From: Bilabrum cf. latius
Taxonomy: Eukaryota
Reading direction: 5' to 3'
NCBI GenBank assembly: GCA_965178125.1
Contig: OZ237746.1
Location: 1 to 64,000 of the forward strand
DNA length: 64,000 nt
The number at the start of each line of letters is the position of its first letter. Position 1 is the stretch's first letter. Shown one piece after another: positions 25,234 to 37,500 of the stretch. Both the position numbers and the translations under genes were made by a program. Under the pieces are notes generated by a model. It saw only the letters and a program-made list of their open reading frames with translations, was not told the DNA's origin and did no database searches.

Positions 25234-25388
25234 CTCTTGAGGTGGGCCGCCGAGCGCGATAACGCTGGAGGTAGCTGGGTCGTCCCCGGTGATCCACCCA
25301 ATCGCTCCTTTTCGCACTTGCTGGATGATCCGGGTCCTTCGTGTCCGTTGAAGCATAACTTGCACAAAACAAAGCGTGCAGCGTCACA

Positions 25389-26281
25389 ATGGCATCTAGT
25401 GCGCAACATACCGTCATCATACTGGGATGCCTAACTGCCGGGAAAACGCTTCTGAGACGGCAGCTCGCACGTAAGCTGCTGGCCACGACATGCTGGTAGA
25501 GTGCAGTTGCAAGCACGTCGTGGACGAGGCACGCTGGATATTGCGCGAAACCTTGACCATCTCGCAGGTTCCATCAAATTAATTGAGGCTGGGAAGTCCC
25601 TTGCCGATTCTATCAGGCCCGCAAAAGCTGGGGGGGATGAGAGGGAGGAGCTTGCATCCCCAGAAACTCGACCGACAGTGAGGTATATTTTCCTGCCTTT
25701 CAAGTACATGAAATTACAAGCTAGTGCGAATAAAACATTTAACAACGCGTTTTTAATGCGATTGCCTGCAGACGGGGCTTGAAATCGATAAGCTGACAAC
25801 TGAAAAAGGGAGGTTTGATGCAATCACGTTAAAGGAGGTAGGCGGGGCCATGGCTCCAATTTGGCCAAAATATGTTGGGGATGCCTCGACTCTATTGTTC
25901 GTAGTAGATCTGTCGCAGCCAACACAGCTTGCAGCGGCCCAGCAAGAGCTGTACGGGCTTCTGAGGTCGGGGTTGCCGACATCATCCCGAGCCGGAGTAG
26001 TGTTTGCAAAGACGGACGCACCCGGGCGCATGGACGTGCAGGTAGCCGTGGACGGCATGCGCCTCAGGTCACTCGCGGCTGCTAGGCAAGCAGACGGGGG
26101 CGCCGAGCTCAAGGCATTCGCCTGTTCGTCGCTCTCTGGAAAGGGCCTAGCTCCCATCCTCTCGTGGCTCACCGGCACCGTCCCCGCCCCGGCCAGCGGT
26201 GACAGCGGGGCTGGGGCCGGGCTTGCCAAGACGACGCCTGCTGCTGCTGCTGCTTGTGGGGCTGGAGCCGGTGGCAGTTGA
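25389..26281 (+). CDS. ARL16: ADP-ribosylation factor-like protein 16; introns approx. 25471-25567 and 25678-25771
   Basis: IILGCLTAGKTLL, TRPT|TGLEI, LKEVGGAMAPIWPKY, LLFVVDLS, CSSLSGKGL. Ends TGA. Confidence 0.8.
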
Positions 26282-26288
26282 TATCTGG

Positions 26289-28019
26289 TCAGTGGCTTGG
26301 ACTCTTGGTCTATGCGTGGCTAGCTCCTGCCCTTGCACCTGCACCTGCTCCCGCCCTTGCCCCTGCAGCGGACTACCGTGCAGCAGCAGCAGCAGCAGCA
26401 GGCGCAGTGGCTGTGGCAGACGCCGGCGCAGATGATGACGATGACGATGACGATGACGATGAAGATGAGGCCGGTCCACCGCGGGCCATGGCCTCCTCTG
26501 CGATCTCCCCTTCCCACAACCCCGCCCCCGCCCCCGCCCCCGCCCCGTTCTGCATGGCGGGCATCGCCTCCGAGTCCATCAGGGCAGCGAGGGCGGCTCC
26601 CGGCACGGCGGGCCTCAGGTGCCTGGGTTTGCCCTGCAGCGCCCTCAGCTGCTCAACGGATAGCCCAGCATACTGGTCTCCGATAAATATGGGGGACATG
26701 ACGGCCGCGGGCACACCGGGGGCGGAAGGCGCCCCTCCTCTCGCCGAGGAAGATGACACCATCGACGATGCTCCGCCGCTCAATGCAGTGGCTGGGCGCG
26801 TGGTGGAAGCCGCCACCAATGCGGGCAGGTGCTGCCGAGAAGGTGACGGCCCAGCGGACCCGAGTCCTGGCGAGCCAAGCCCCGGTCCATGTCCATGCGA
26901 CTGCACGGCAGCTGGGCGGCTTGCAGCGGCAGGAAACGGCGGCGGCGACGAGAACTACGGCACTCCCGCAACGGGGTCCACCGGGTTGCACCCAGCCGCG
27001 GCCGCGGCTGCACCGTGCACCTGGGCCAACCCTGCAGGGCCGGAAGCTGCACCGTGCACCTGGGCCAACCCTGCAGGGCCGGAAGCTGCACCGTGCACCT
27101 GGGCCAACCCTGCAGGGCCGGAAGCTGCACCGTGCACCTGGGCCAACCTTGCAGGGCCGGAAGCTGCACCGTGCACCTGGGCCAACCCTGCAGGGCCGGA
27201 AGCTGCACCGTGCACCTGGGCCAACCCTGCAGGGCCGGAAGCTGGCCGCGGTTTGGCGGCACCCCCGTTGCTGCCTCTAGCCCCCTTTCTCACCTGGATC
27301 TCTCCGAGAGACTCTCTGCTGATGGCCATGGAGATGGCCGCCTAGAGGGCCTGGGGCATCAGCTGGCTCCCGTGCTTGGTCTGGATGTGGTGCACCAAGG
27401 AGTGCTGCCTGATGTAAATCTTGTCGCACACTGGGCATTTCCCACCGTCTCCCTTGCCGTGCGTCACGAGCAGGTGCCTTTCCAGAAGCTCCTTGCGAGC
27501 GAAGTGCTTCACACACCCAGGCTCAGTGCAGTGCTGCCTGGTGCCCATACCGTGTTTGGAGTTGATGTGTCGCCGGTAGTGCTCCTTTCGTTTGAACTCA
27601 CGCGGAGGCTAGCAAAGCGTGCAAGTACGATCCTCGGCGTCACCATCTAGTCTAGGCTTCTTGTTGCTGCGAGAAGAGGCTTCCTGCTCGTCGCCTGCAG
27701 GATCCCTCTTTCGTTTCGGCTTGCTCTGTTGCGGTCCCCACGAATCTCCTGGTTGCGCATGCACGCCAGGCGTAGCGGTTGCACTAGCGTACAAAGTATC
27801 ACCAGCTGTACTTCGGTCCGACTTCTTTGCATTTACCGCAGCTGCAGCAGCCGCAGCTGCCGCAGCCGCGGCTGCGCTTCCGTCTGCAGCAGCCCGAGGT
27901 GTAGGATCCCGGGCGGCTTGCCGAGAAGCACCTCTCGCGCCACTCCCAACACTCGCACCTTGCAATCCCACTAGGTGCGCATTGTGTTCATCGTTCAGAT
28001 ATGTGCCAATGGAGTTCAT
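26289..28019 (-). CDS. C2H2 zinc-finger protein (3 fingers) with low-complexity tail
   Basis: CTLC*PPREFKRKEHYRRHINSKH, CTEPGC..FARKELLERHLLVTH, CPVCDKIYIRQHSLVHHIQTKH. Four same-frame ORFs joined by TAGs. Ends TGA. Start uncertain. Confidence 0.82.
27007..27244. repeat. Coding 39-bp tandem repeat x6 (13-aa unit AQVHGAASGPAGL)
   Basis: GCTGCACCGTGCACCTGGGCCAACCCTGCAGGGCCGGAA at 27007, 27046 and onward. Confidence 0.95.
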
Positions 28020-28303
28020 GAGCAGTCGTGTAGCTAGCACCAAATCTGGATAATGCTGCTGAGCAGCTCGGTATGAGGCGATGAACGCAATAGAAACTCG
28101 AGCAAAATCGGGGACAGTATGAAAGTGTAGCTGTTGCCTGTGCCAATCGTAAATCCGTTTGGAAGGCAAAGATAAACAAGTGCAAGTGCAACTTGAATGA
28201 AGTGGTTGGCCCCACGGTGGGGACCCGAGTCAAACGAGCAAACACAATTGCGAAATCAATCCTGTAATGTATTTGTATACACAAGTTTTTCCTCGTTAGT
28301 ATC

Positions 28304-28376
28304 GGGCGTATAGCTCAGTTGGTAGAGTGTCTGCTTAGCATGCAGATAGTCCTGGGTTCAATTCCCAGTGTGTCCA
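28304..28376 (+). tRNA. tRNA-Ala(AGC)
   Basis: 73-nt cloverleaf; anticodon arm TCTGC-TTAGCAT-GCAGA; G3:U70 Ala identity pair; GGTTCAATTCC T-loop; T-run Pol III terminator downstream. Confidence 0.95.
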
Positions 28377-28404
28377 TTCTTTTTTCCCTCCGTTGCTCTT
28401 TATG

Positions 28405-29331
28405 TCACCCCCTTTCCATCATGCTCTCGCGCACCTATTCAACTGGAGCTTCTTCTCCGGGTTTGGCCTCCAGGTTGCCTTGGATGAGGTCCATCACCCG
28501 TTTCACAGCCAGATCCGCCAGTGAATTGTCGTGCTTCACGTCTTCGCTGTAGGGAGCCAGGATGAGCTCAACAGCTAGGGTCCCAGATTTCAAATTGGAA
28601 GCATGCTTGCCCTCCTCCTTCTCTGATCCTTGAACTTCTCGATCCACTTCTTCTTCATCTTCGCCTTCGCCTGCAGCTCCCTCTATGGGCGTGGCATCGC
28701 CCAGGGCGCAGGCAACTCTCACCTCGTGCTCTGCCCCATCCCGCCCTGGTACCCTCACAAGAAACCCGATGGTGGCATCTGGGTCCATCGCGGCCACGGC
28801 CTCCCCGTCCAGGCGCATGCCCGGATGGCCATCCCCATCCGGGGCTAGTCCTCCGTCGGAACTTCCGCTAGCCCTACTACCCTTCGTTTTCTGGAAATCA
28901 ATTTCGCTCAAGGCTCCACTGGCATCCGGCCCCGCCTGCTCCCTTGCCTCCTTCAGCTTGCGCTCGATCATGAGCTTCTCCATCAGCTGCATCTGCTCCA
29001 TGAGCATGTCGTGCAGTTTCTCCACCGAAAGGGCCATCCCATTTTCTATCAAATGTTGCATCATCTCCTCGCTCATCTCCTGAACGGCCTCCTCTGTCGC
29101 GCCCCGATGTCGGGAGATGGAAGCGCGCGTATACCCGCCGGGGTTCATCATACTTGACAGCCATTTAGGCCGCTTTACCCCGTTCACTATTGAGCAGTAC
29201 GGTGTCATGACTGATGAGCATCCTGATTGAAGTCCAGTTGAGGCTATGTGTGCGGTTGTAGCGAGAACCAGCCCAGAACCTGCCAGCAACGTGGTTGGTA
29301 GGGCTACTGCAAGCGTATGAGCGCGCGACAT
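28405..29331 (-). CDS. Hypothetical protein with hydrophobic N-terminus and Met/Glu-rich helical segment
   Basis: Long ORF from MSRAHTLAVA. TAG at 28435 is read through to TGA at 28405. Confidence 0.68.
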
Positions 29332-29911
29332 CAATTCAAGCCAGCTGATTTGGGTCAGTGTTTGTGCATACAAATAAATAAAACAAGCTGTCGGCCTTGA
29401 ATAGTATATCGGGCAGTTTTTCTTAGGTACAATGCGCGACCACCTTGCGCGACCACATCGCGGCTCGCTTGCGGCAGTGCGTTGCACCACACTCAACGGA
29501 ATTAGATCTAGTTTAGCGTCTGTGCAGCCAATTCGCCTTGCATTACGCTGAATTAGGAGATAATCACGCGGCTTGAGGTAATCTTCGCGTCTCATAGCGC
29601 TCTGCAAGGTGCTTATGAGCGCGCGACATCAATTCAAGCCAGCTGATTTGGGTCAGTGTTTGTGCATACAAATAAATAAAACAAGCTGTCGGCCTTGAAT
29701 AGTATATCGGGCAGTTTTTCTTAGGTACAATGCGCGACCACCTTGCGCGACCACATCGCGGCTCGCTTGCGGCAGTGCGTTGCACCACACTCAACGGAAT
29801 TAGATCTAGTTTAGCGTCTGTGCAGCCAATTCGCCTTGCATTACGCTGAATTAGGAGATAATCACGCGGCTTGAGGTAATCTTCGCGTCTCATAGCGCTC
29901 TGCAAGGTGCT
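29316..29911. repeat. Perfect 298-bp direct tandem duplication of a divergent-promoter region
   Basis: TATGAGCGCGCGACATCAATTC...CTGCAAGGTGCT starts at 29316 and again at 29614. Confidence 0.95.
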
Positions 29912-29961
29912 TCCTAGCGCTCTGGTGCTCAGGCTGTCGCTCGCAAGCGGTTGCTTGTCGA

Positions 29962-32433
29962 ATGTTTGGACTTCACGCTGCGCGTCGAGCGCTTGCAGCT
30001 GCCACTGCTGACGACGTATCGAGTAAGCATACCAGTGTCTGGGAATCGAAGCAGTCAAATGATGCTGCCATGCAGTCTCGCATCCCCACTGAAGCCGCCG
30101 AGCAGGGCAGCGCGGACCTGCTCGCCCTGCAGCTGCTGGACGAGCAGGGCCCGTCCAGGAAGGACGCGATGGCAGAGAACGGGTGGCAGCGGTAGCGACA
30201 AAGACAGGTCTCTAATGCTCTGCGCAGTTTCTTGGTGACAGAGCGCGGGATGCCCCTAGAGGTGGCTGACGAGGCGCTGGACAGGGCCGGCCTGGGCCCG
30301 GGGCGCACTTCCAGCACGGGGCGGGCCCCCAGGCGGGCCGGATCAAGGGGTGGGACGCGAGGTGGATCCCGGGGCGTTGGCACCACTGGCAGGGGCAGGA
30401 GCGGCCTCACGAGCAGCCCTCTGGCGGCGGCTGGGAGGGCGGGGTTCCGCGGGATGGGGGGAGGCGGGGGGGGCAGGGGCGCGGGGTGGCAGTCCTCGAC
30501 CGGGGGCAGGCTAAGACAGGGCACTGGTGGGCGCAAGGGGGGTAGACGAGGCAGCACCACGATGCAGGACGTGCATGCCGCCATACGGGCGCAGAAGAAG
30601 CTCCTGCAGGCCCATGCCAAGGCGGGGCAGGGCATGGGGGTCGGCGGTGGACGCGACAAGGGGCACGAGCAGAAGCAGGGGCAGAGGGAAACGGACCTGT
30701 CGCAGTCCGCATCAAGGGGAATTCTCCCCACCACGAAGTTCGCACGCCCCAGGGGTTGCGCTGGGGGCTCGACCCTGTACGACCCCCCGCCCCAGGTGGG
30801 CATGGCTGCGTCCCGGCGCCGCAGGACGGCAAGGAGGGTGCGCCGTGGGGAGCGAGTGGATCGGATGAGGGGACAGAGGAGGACGCTGGCGAGGGCGGGG
30901 GAGCTGGGGCAGCTGCGGGAGTGTCTGCAGCAGCAGAGGGAGGGAGTGAGGGACGGGGAGCTGGCTGCCCGGGTTGCGGTGGGCAAGGGCGGGACCGGCA
31001 CGACTGGGCTGCTGCAGTCGAGGCGCAAGATAGCAGGAGGGTCGGCACGCGCAGGGTCATCCACGTCGTTGATGTTCGGCGCGTCAGCCTCGGGGCAGGA
31101 TTCAGATGACGGGGCCTCCTCGGATGCCTCTAGTCTGGATGGAGCAGACAGGGCGCGCCGCAGGGGAGTCTACCCCGGGGCAGCCAGGCTTAACCCGCTC
31201 ACCGTGGCATTCCGACCAGACGCACCCGATCCGGCCCGGGTGGTGTCCACCAGGCCCTTTGTGCCAGGGGGTCGAGCGGGGGCGGGCGCACCCCCGGCCA
31301 GAGCGGCCTACAGAGGGGGGGGTGCAGTGGACCCCGGCGCCACGCGCAGGCTGCAGGAGAGGCAGCGAGCGGGGCTGGCGGGCCGTCCCAGAGATGAGTC
31401 GGGCCCCACCCTGCAGGCAGGTGAGCCCTACACGGATCCACTGTCACCAAGGGAGGCCTTCCGGGAGCCCTCGTCCCCGCATGCACTGCGTGAGGGCAAG
31501 GTGAGTGCGGTGCGCGCGTGGTCGGTCGATAAGAGGAGGCGGAGGAGGGAGGAGGCCGAGCACAGGCGGGGCATGGGGGCGGCGGCTGCGGGGGCGGGTA
31601 TGGGTAGGGGGGCTGCACGCAGACATGAGTCCTCTCATGGCAGCAGGGACGGAGCGGGGAGGGGGGCGCACGAGATGGGCCTGTCTCTGTCCCTCGCTCG
31701 CGCGGGCTAGGGAGAGGGCAGGAACCGCGGGAGGGATCGGGGCGGCGAGCCTGTCGCTGTCGCTACCGCTATCCCCGGAGAGGAGGAGGGGCAGGCGCCG
31801 CAGTCCACCGGTGGATTGCGGCGGCTGCATTCGGGTGTCAGTTTCCACGGTGATGGGCTCCCCGTGAGCCCAAAGGGCGGGGGCAAGCCGCACTCGTCAT
31901 CCCCCAGGCCGCTGTACGATCCCGCTGACGTGGCCAGGCGCAGGGCCTAGGCAGAAGTGGCTTCGGCGCGCAGGCAGCTGCAGCGGCTGGCGCAGTCTCC
32001 GCGCGGGGATGCGTTCGGGCCCGGGAATGCGCTGCCCGGTCGCTTCTGGGCGGCCGCGGCGCAAGCGGGACCCTCTCACTCGTCACAGGACCCCTCCTCT
32101 CCTAAGGCGCTGCAGGGGGAGGGCGGCATGTCGGGCGCAGAGGAGGTGCTGGCCCTGGATGGGGCTACCCCCCTGCTGAAGTGGGGGTTGAGGGGGGGCC
32201 GGGGCAAGAGGGGACAAGGGGGTAAGGGAGGGAGGCGGCACTCCCTGCAGGCCAGTCCGAGGGCGGTGGGCGCGGCTCGATTCAGGGTGCCTGCGGCAGC
32301 CGAGGGCGGGGGAATCGGGGTGGGCTCCAAGGGGTTCGGCGACCCGCCGGCTCCTCCGTCCGCGGCCCGCAACCAGCTGAAGCGGTGGAGGATCGAGATG
32401 GCCAGGCAGGCGAAAGTGGACGGAGCGCGGTGA
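29962..32433 (+). CDS. Hypothetical Gly/Arg-rich low-complexity protein (about 820 aa)
   Basis: Three same-frame ORFs joined by TAGs (30193, 31708, 31948). Ends TGA. Confidence 0.7.
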
Positions 32434-32643
32434 GAACTCACTTGAGGACACCTTGGACGCGAGAGCACGGCATTGCATCGGGTTCTCTTGCTAGCCTAGG
32501 TCCGCACCCGTGGTGGTGTTGGCTGAGCATTTCTGAAGTTGCAGGGCACTGCCGTGCTTCGCTCAACCAAAGATCGATCACGCAGATCTAGCATCCAGGC
32601 TAATAGCAGTACGCATCGTCCGGTGGCTCCTGCAGTCTCAAGC

Positions 32644-33712
32644 ATGCGATCTGTCTACTTTGGTATTGCCAGCGTGATCGCGGTGACTATGAACCGCGCA
32701 AATGCTGAAGTCAAACCGAAACGGGGATACGTTGCTGACGGTCATGATTCTTCACCAGCTTCTTGCAACGATCCTTACTTACTCTCAAACATGGGATGGT
32801 ACTACGGTAAGATTATGCCTGGTTACAGCGACCGTAGCTTGCCCAAGCTCCGCCTTGCGCTACCGTACCACTCGGTGGATGGTCGTACGGTTGGCTGCGC
32901 GAGTGTCCGAATACCGCTTGGCTTCAGATGCTCCGAACTTTATGTTAGCAGATTACAACGCTGAATCTGCATATTACAAGATGGGATGCCCGCATACCCC
33001 GAGCCCAAAGTTCGTACCGATGGCCTGGTGCATCTCCTCCTTCAATGCGTCAATTCCAGCCGGGACCAACTAGACGTTTTGGCTGGGTGGTAACGAGCCC
33101 AACAACATACACAACTGCAACAAAGAGCCAAGGGTTCTTGCAGAGGCTTGGAAATGGGTTCTCGCCAGGTTCGAAGGCACGGATACTGCCCTGGTAAGCC
33201 CTGCTACCGCCGGGAACGGGATAGCTTGGTTCGACCAATTCTTTGGAAACTGCAGCGAGCTGTACGGACCTGAAGGGTGCAAAACTAGCATGCTTGCCGC
33301 TCACGACTGTAAGAGATCCTGAGATGAACCAGGCGCGCCCCGTGCATGGAAGCACCCTACCGCATGATTCGGCTCGCAAGCACCCCCTCCCGCATGCATG
33401 ATTATGCCCCTGTTCGCAGATTCTTGCAACACCGATGACTTGCTGGGCTACCTGCAGGAGCTGCATGAGAGATACGGGATGCCTGTGTGGCTCACCGAAT
33501 TCGCGTGTGGAGACCACAACGCTCACCGCCCGGTGGATGAGCAGATCGCTTACATGAAGCAAGTGCTGCCTCGGCTGGACGCTGCTCCCTTCGTGTACCG
33601 GTATGCGTGGATGTCGGGGAGGTCCAACCCGGGAGACTACAGGGCACTCCTATCAGGTAACGGTACCCACGCAGCCCTGACCCAGCTGGGCGAGCTGTAC
33701 AACAGCGCGTGA
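32644..33712 (+). CDS. Secreted glycoside hydrolase, GH128 / Glyco_hydro_cc (beta-1,3-glucanase-like); introns 32807-32951 and 33309-33419
   Basis: Signal peptide; [50 protein letters not shown] at 33071. Confidence 0.88.
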
Positions 33713-33858
33713 GCCGGTGTCCTGACCCAGCTGGGTGAGCTGTACAACAGCGCGTGAGCCGGTGTCCTGACCCAGCTGGGTGAGCTGTACAACAGCGCGT
33801 GAGCCGGTGTCCTGACCCAGCTGGGCGAGCTGTACAACAGCGCGTGAGCCGGTGTCCT
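33676..33858. repeat. 45-bp tandem repeat x4 spanning the GH128 stop codon
   Basis: CCTGACCCAGCTGGGYGAGCTGTACAACAGCGCGTGAGCCGGTGT at 33676, 33721, 33766, 33811. Confidence 0.95.
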
Positions 33859-33954
33859 CTCTTAGGGTGACTCGCGACATCCGGATGCGCATTGCATTAT
33901 CAGAGTAGATCTACCCTACCTATAAACGGAGCAAGCATAGAATAAAACCATCTC

Positions 33955-35600
33955 TCAGCTGGCGGGAGAAGCCGCAGCAGCAGCGTCGCCCCCACCGCTG
34001 GCCCCCGCACCTTCTGCTGTCGCCGCCGCCTCCCCCACCCCTTCGTCCTCCTCCGCCTCTCCAACCTGCGTGGCTCCCAGCGCAGCAGTGGGGATGTCAG
34101 GCTCCGCCCGCGCCACCTCCCACAGAAACCCCAGGACCGGTCCCTCCAGCCCCGCGGCACTCAGGTCACCAGGGGTCAGCACACCCGCCAAAGAGGCCCT
34201 CTGCCCCTCCAGCTCCCTGCCCTCTGCTTCAGCCGCCTCCCTGGCCCTCGTCACCTTGGCAGCCAAGATCCGCTTCAGCCGCTGCACCAGCGAGGAAGAG
34301 GCGGCCTGCAGGGCACCCGCCACAGGAGCATCCAGCCCCCCGCTACCAGCCCCAGCCCCAGCCGCCCTGCCCTCCCGAATGGCCCCTTGCACGGCCTGCA
34401 CCAGCCGCTTGTGCAGCACGGTCATGCGGAAGGAGGCCCCCGCCCCCTCCCCCACCACGCACCTGCGCCGGGGCAGGTCAACGTACAGGTCCCACGCGGC
34501 GGGGGCAGCGGCAGCCAGCCCTGGATCCGTGGTGCCCGCCACGTACCAGCCGGCCCGGGCCAGGTCCGCTGCTTCCACCATGGCGGCAGACAGACGGGTG
34601 GCAGCCAGCGCCGCAGTGCCCTGCAAACCGCCCCCGTCCGCCCCGTCCGCCGCGGCCCCCGCCCCGCCCAGAGCCCCCGCCCCTGCCGGTGCCGGCCTGC
34701 CCTCCCCTTTGCCCTTAGCCGCCGCCGCCGCCGCTGCCGCCGCTCTCGATTCCAGCGCCGCCGCTCCCTCCCCCCCTTCCACGGCTGCGGCGAAGGCAGG
34801 CAGAGCCAGGATCCTGGAGGCCCCGGGGGACAGCAGCGGCCTGCAATGCTCCCGCTCTGCCTCCTGGCGGTGAGGGGCCAGCAGCGGGGCGGCACCCAGG
34901 GCCAGCAGAACGTCTCTAGTGCGCGGGGCGTGGACGAGCACCCTCCGCCGCAGCATCACGGCCGTCCAGAGCAGCGCGATGTGCTCGCCCAGCAGCTGAG
35001 CCACCGTGCCCACCCGGCTGCGGGCAGCCAGAGTCTCGGGGCTGGCCGGGGGCGGTCTGGTCCATCGGATCGGGACAGGCGAGGTTTTGGCACCTACAGC
35101 GCTGATATCGGCGCCCTCCGCCTCTAGGGTGTCCTTGCGGGCAGCAGAGAGGAAGGCAGCGAGCACGTCGGTCGGCTCCCCCGTGTGCACGTACCGGGCC
35201 AGCAGAGCCTTCGACAGAGGCAGCCATGCTTCGGGCTACCAAGCGCGGGAAATCACGTGCATGGCAATTCCTGTAGCCTGGTGATTCGCCTCATTCGGAA
35301 GGCCTTCTGTCGTGGTTGCGCTGCGTGTCCGAGGAGCTACGGACCGGAACATGGATCAGAGCTTTCGCAAGGCGGACATACACACGGCGGGAATAGTAAG
35401 AGGACTCTGGATGGATCTTACGTATAAATCCAATGCTTGCCATGTTTGGAATACTGTTCAGCTTCGTCCCACAGCGATCTTGCCGCCAGGACTGCCTCCA
35501 TTGGCGCAGATGAGGACGGGAAGGACCACGTCACCATCGCATCACCGGCTACATCTCTTTCAACAATCACAACAGTATGGGCAGGCGAGGCATCCTGCAT
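33955..35600 (-). CDS. DENND10: DENN-domain protein FAM45/DENND10-like, with one short intron starting near 35421
   Basis: VIVERDVAGDAMVTWSFP, SKHGKHWIY, W*PEAW..L.KALLARY.HTGEP, LLWTAVMLRRRVLVH, YVAGTTD, WDLYVDL, FRMTVLHK. Ends TGA. Confidence 0.78.
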
Positions 35601-35703
35601 CCTTCTACTGTGGCTCAAGGCGAGCTTGCCATGAAAAGGTTTTAATCTTCTTCTTGAAAGTTCAACACGCTACAAAGGACCTCTTGCAAACCCCCCGCCC
35701 TAA

Positions 35704-36210
35704 TCAGTCATTTCGCGCACGTTTCGCAGGCCTGGTGTCAGCACTCTACTGAGAAACCTTAACCACTGCATGCTCCGCGTTCACGACATTCCTGAAGTTC
35801 GCGGGACTAAGTGAAATTGACGGCATCACACCATCCTCATCTCGATCATCATCCTTTAGCTCAGACAGACTGGACAGTTCTTCCGAGAACCGTCTTCGCT
35901 TACTTGCCTTCGGTCGCTTCCACTCACCAGCTTCGGCACCATCCTCGCTCTGCTGGCTCGTATCGTCGTCCGACAGATCTGAAGCTTCTGTCTGGCTGTC
36001 GCTCTCTCCCTCGGAAGCATCGAGCGAGACCCCATCCACATCCTCGGAATCTACCCCCTTACCATTGCGCGGGTACCGCAGCCCCGCAGCCGACGCGCTG
36101 ACCCTGCGTCTTTTGAAGTCCTGCACATGACTCCAGTCGTCTTCCGAGTCGTCGCTGTCTGCGAATTCCAGATGGCAGGCCTTGATGTCATGTTCTAATT
36201 CAACAAACAT
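35704..36210 (-). CDS. Small acidic hypothetical protein with NLS-like basic motifs
   Basis: 154-aa ORF; CAG-TAG read through to ...RPAKRARND-TGA. Confidence 0.55.
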
Positions 36211-36283
36211 ACTATGCCGTGCATGAAAAGGTTACAACCGCCGGCGGCGCTCGGCGACAAGCACATATCTCAAAAACAGCAGC

Positions 36284-37371
36284 ATGCAAGCAGCGCGTGC
36301 AACCAGCATGCAGGCTACAAGAACTGCTTTATTCTGGAAGTCTCTCGGCGCTACCCGATCGGCGCTCCGATCGCGGGCCAGGTTGTTTCCGCCAGGAACG
36401 CGGCGTTGCATCAACATGCATTCAGAGGGCAGCAACTCGTACAGAAAGGACTTGGGGCGCAAAGAGGACCTGCAAGCGGATTATTATCGCGTGTTAGGAG
36501 TTAGCCCTCGAGCAGACACCACTGCAATCAAGAAAGCGTACCACGAGCTCGGTGAGGCTACCACGCATGTCACGATCAGCCGCCCATCTGGCTCAAACCG
36601 CCTCCTGGAATTCATCAGCCCAACATCCATGCACCACTTGCCAGTAGATTGTTACTGTGCGCAGCAAAGAAGCACCACCCTGATGTGGCGGACCCATTGA
36701 GCAGCGACCCTGCATTTTTCTAGCTAATCGCCGAGGCGTATTCGGTCCTGTCAGACGGCGAGGCCCGCCGAGATTACGATATGCAGAGGAGGGCAGGGGG
36801 CGAATTTGAGTTTGCAGACGGCCCAGGTCCCGTTCGCGGGGCGCACAGCGTGCGGTCGAGCGAGCAGGAGGCGGAGGAGCGGCTCCGTCAGAGGGACCGG
36901 CAGGCCGAGCTGCGGCGGCGGAACGAGGGGCTGAGCGTGCCTGGTAGCGAGCGCGAGGTGGAGCTGGGCGGGAAGGGGGGCACGGGCAAGGTGGCGCAGG
37001 CCTAGGCAGACGTCAAGTTCCGGCAGGCGATGGCCAGGCATACCCAGAGGATGCGCAAGGCGGCAGATGCCCGAGGCCTCGACCAGCGTGCCAGGAGGCT
37101 GCAGGTCGAGGTGCCTTCCACAGAGGACACGTCCACCATCATCGGGGCCCCCATGGCAGCCATGCTGGTGGTGCTTGCTGTGATCGCCTGGGGCGCGGTG
37201 ATGTCGATGAGGAACGACCCGGAGGAGGTGCTGCGGGCCCGGCTGGCGGCGAGGGCGGAGATCGAGGACAGGAGGAGGAGGGACGAGGAGGCAGTGGAGG
37301 CGAGGGTGAGGCAGAGGATGCAGGGGCAGGGGATGGGTGCAGGAGAGGGGACTGAGCTGCAACGGCAGTGA
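36284..37371 (+). CDS. DnaJ (J-domain) protein with C-terminal TM, possibly mitochondrial; intron 36552-36664
   Basis: DYYRVLGV...IKKAYHEL|AKKHHPD...FF*LIAEAYSVLSD.EARRDYD. TAGs at 36721 and 37003. Ends TGA. Confidence 0.88.
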
Positions 37372-37500
37372 CAGGCAAGGCCGTGGATTGCGTGGAATGC
37401 ATAGAGGATTCAATCATAACACTTGCTACCAATACGGGTAGTAGAGACATTCACGTAACCACCACCCTTCACGGCCCCATCGATATCCGGGTTGCTTGCA

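Noticed and set aside
28304-28376. tRNA as the amber-decoding tRNA (loop contains TAG)
   Set aside because: The central loop triplet is AGC and the acceptor has G3:U70, so it is tRNA-Ala. A UAG reader needs anticodon CTA; none was seen in the window.
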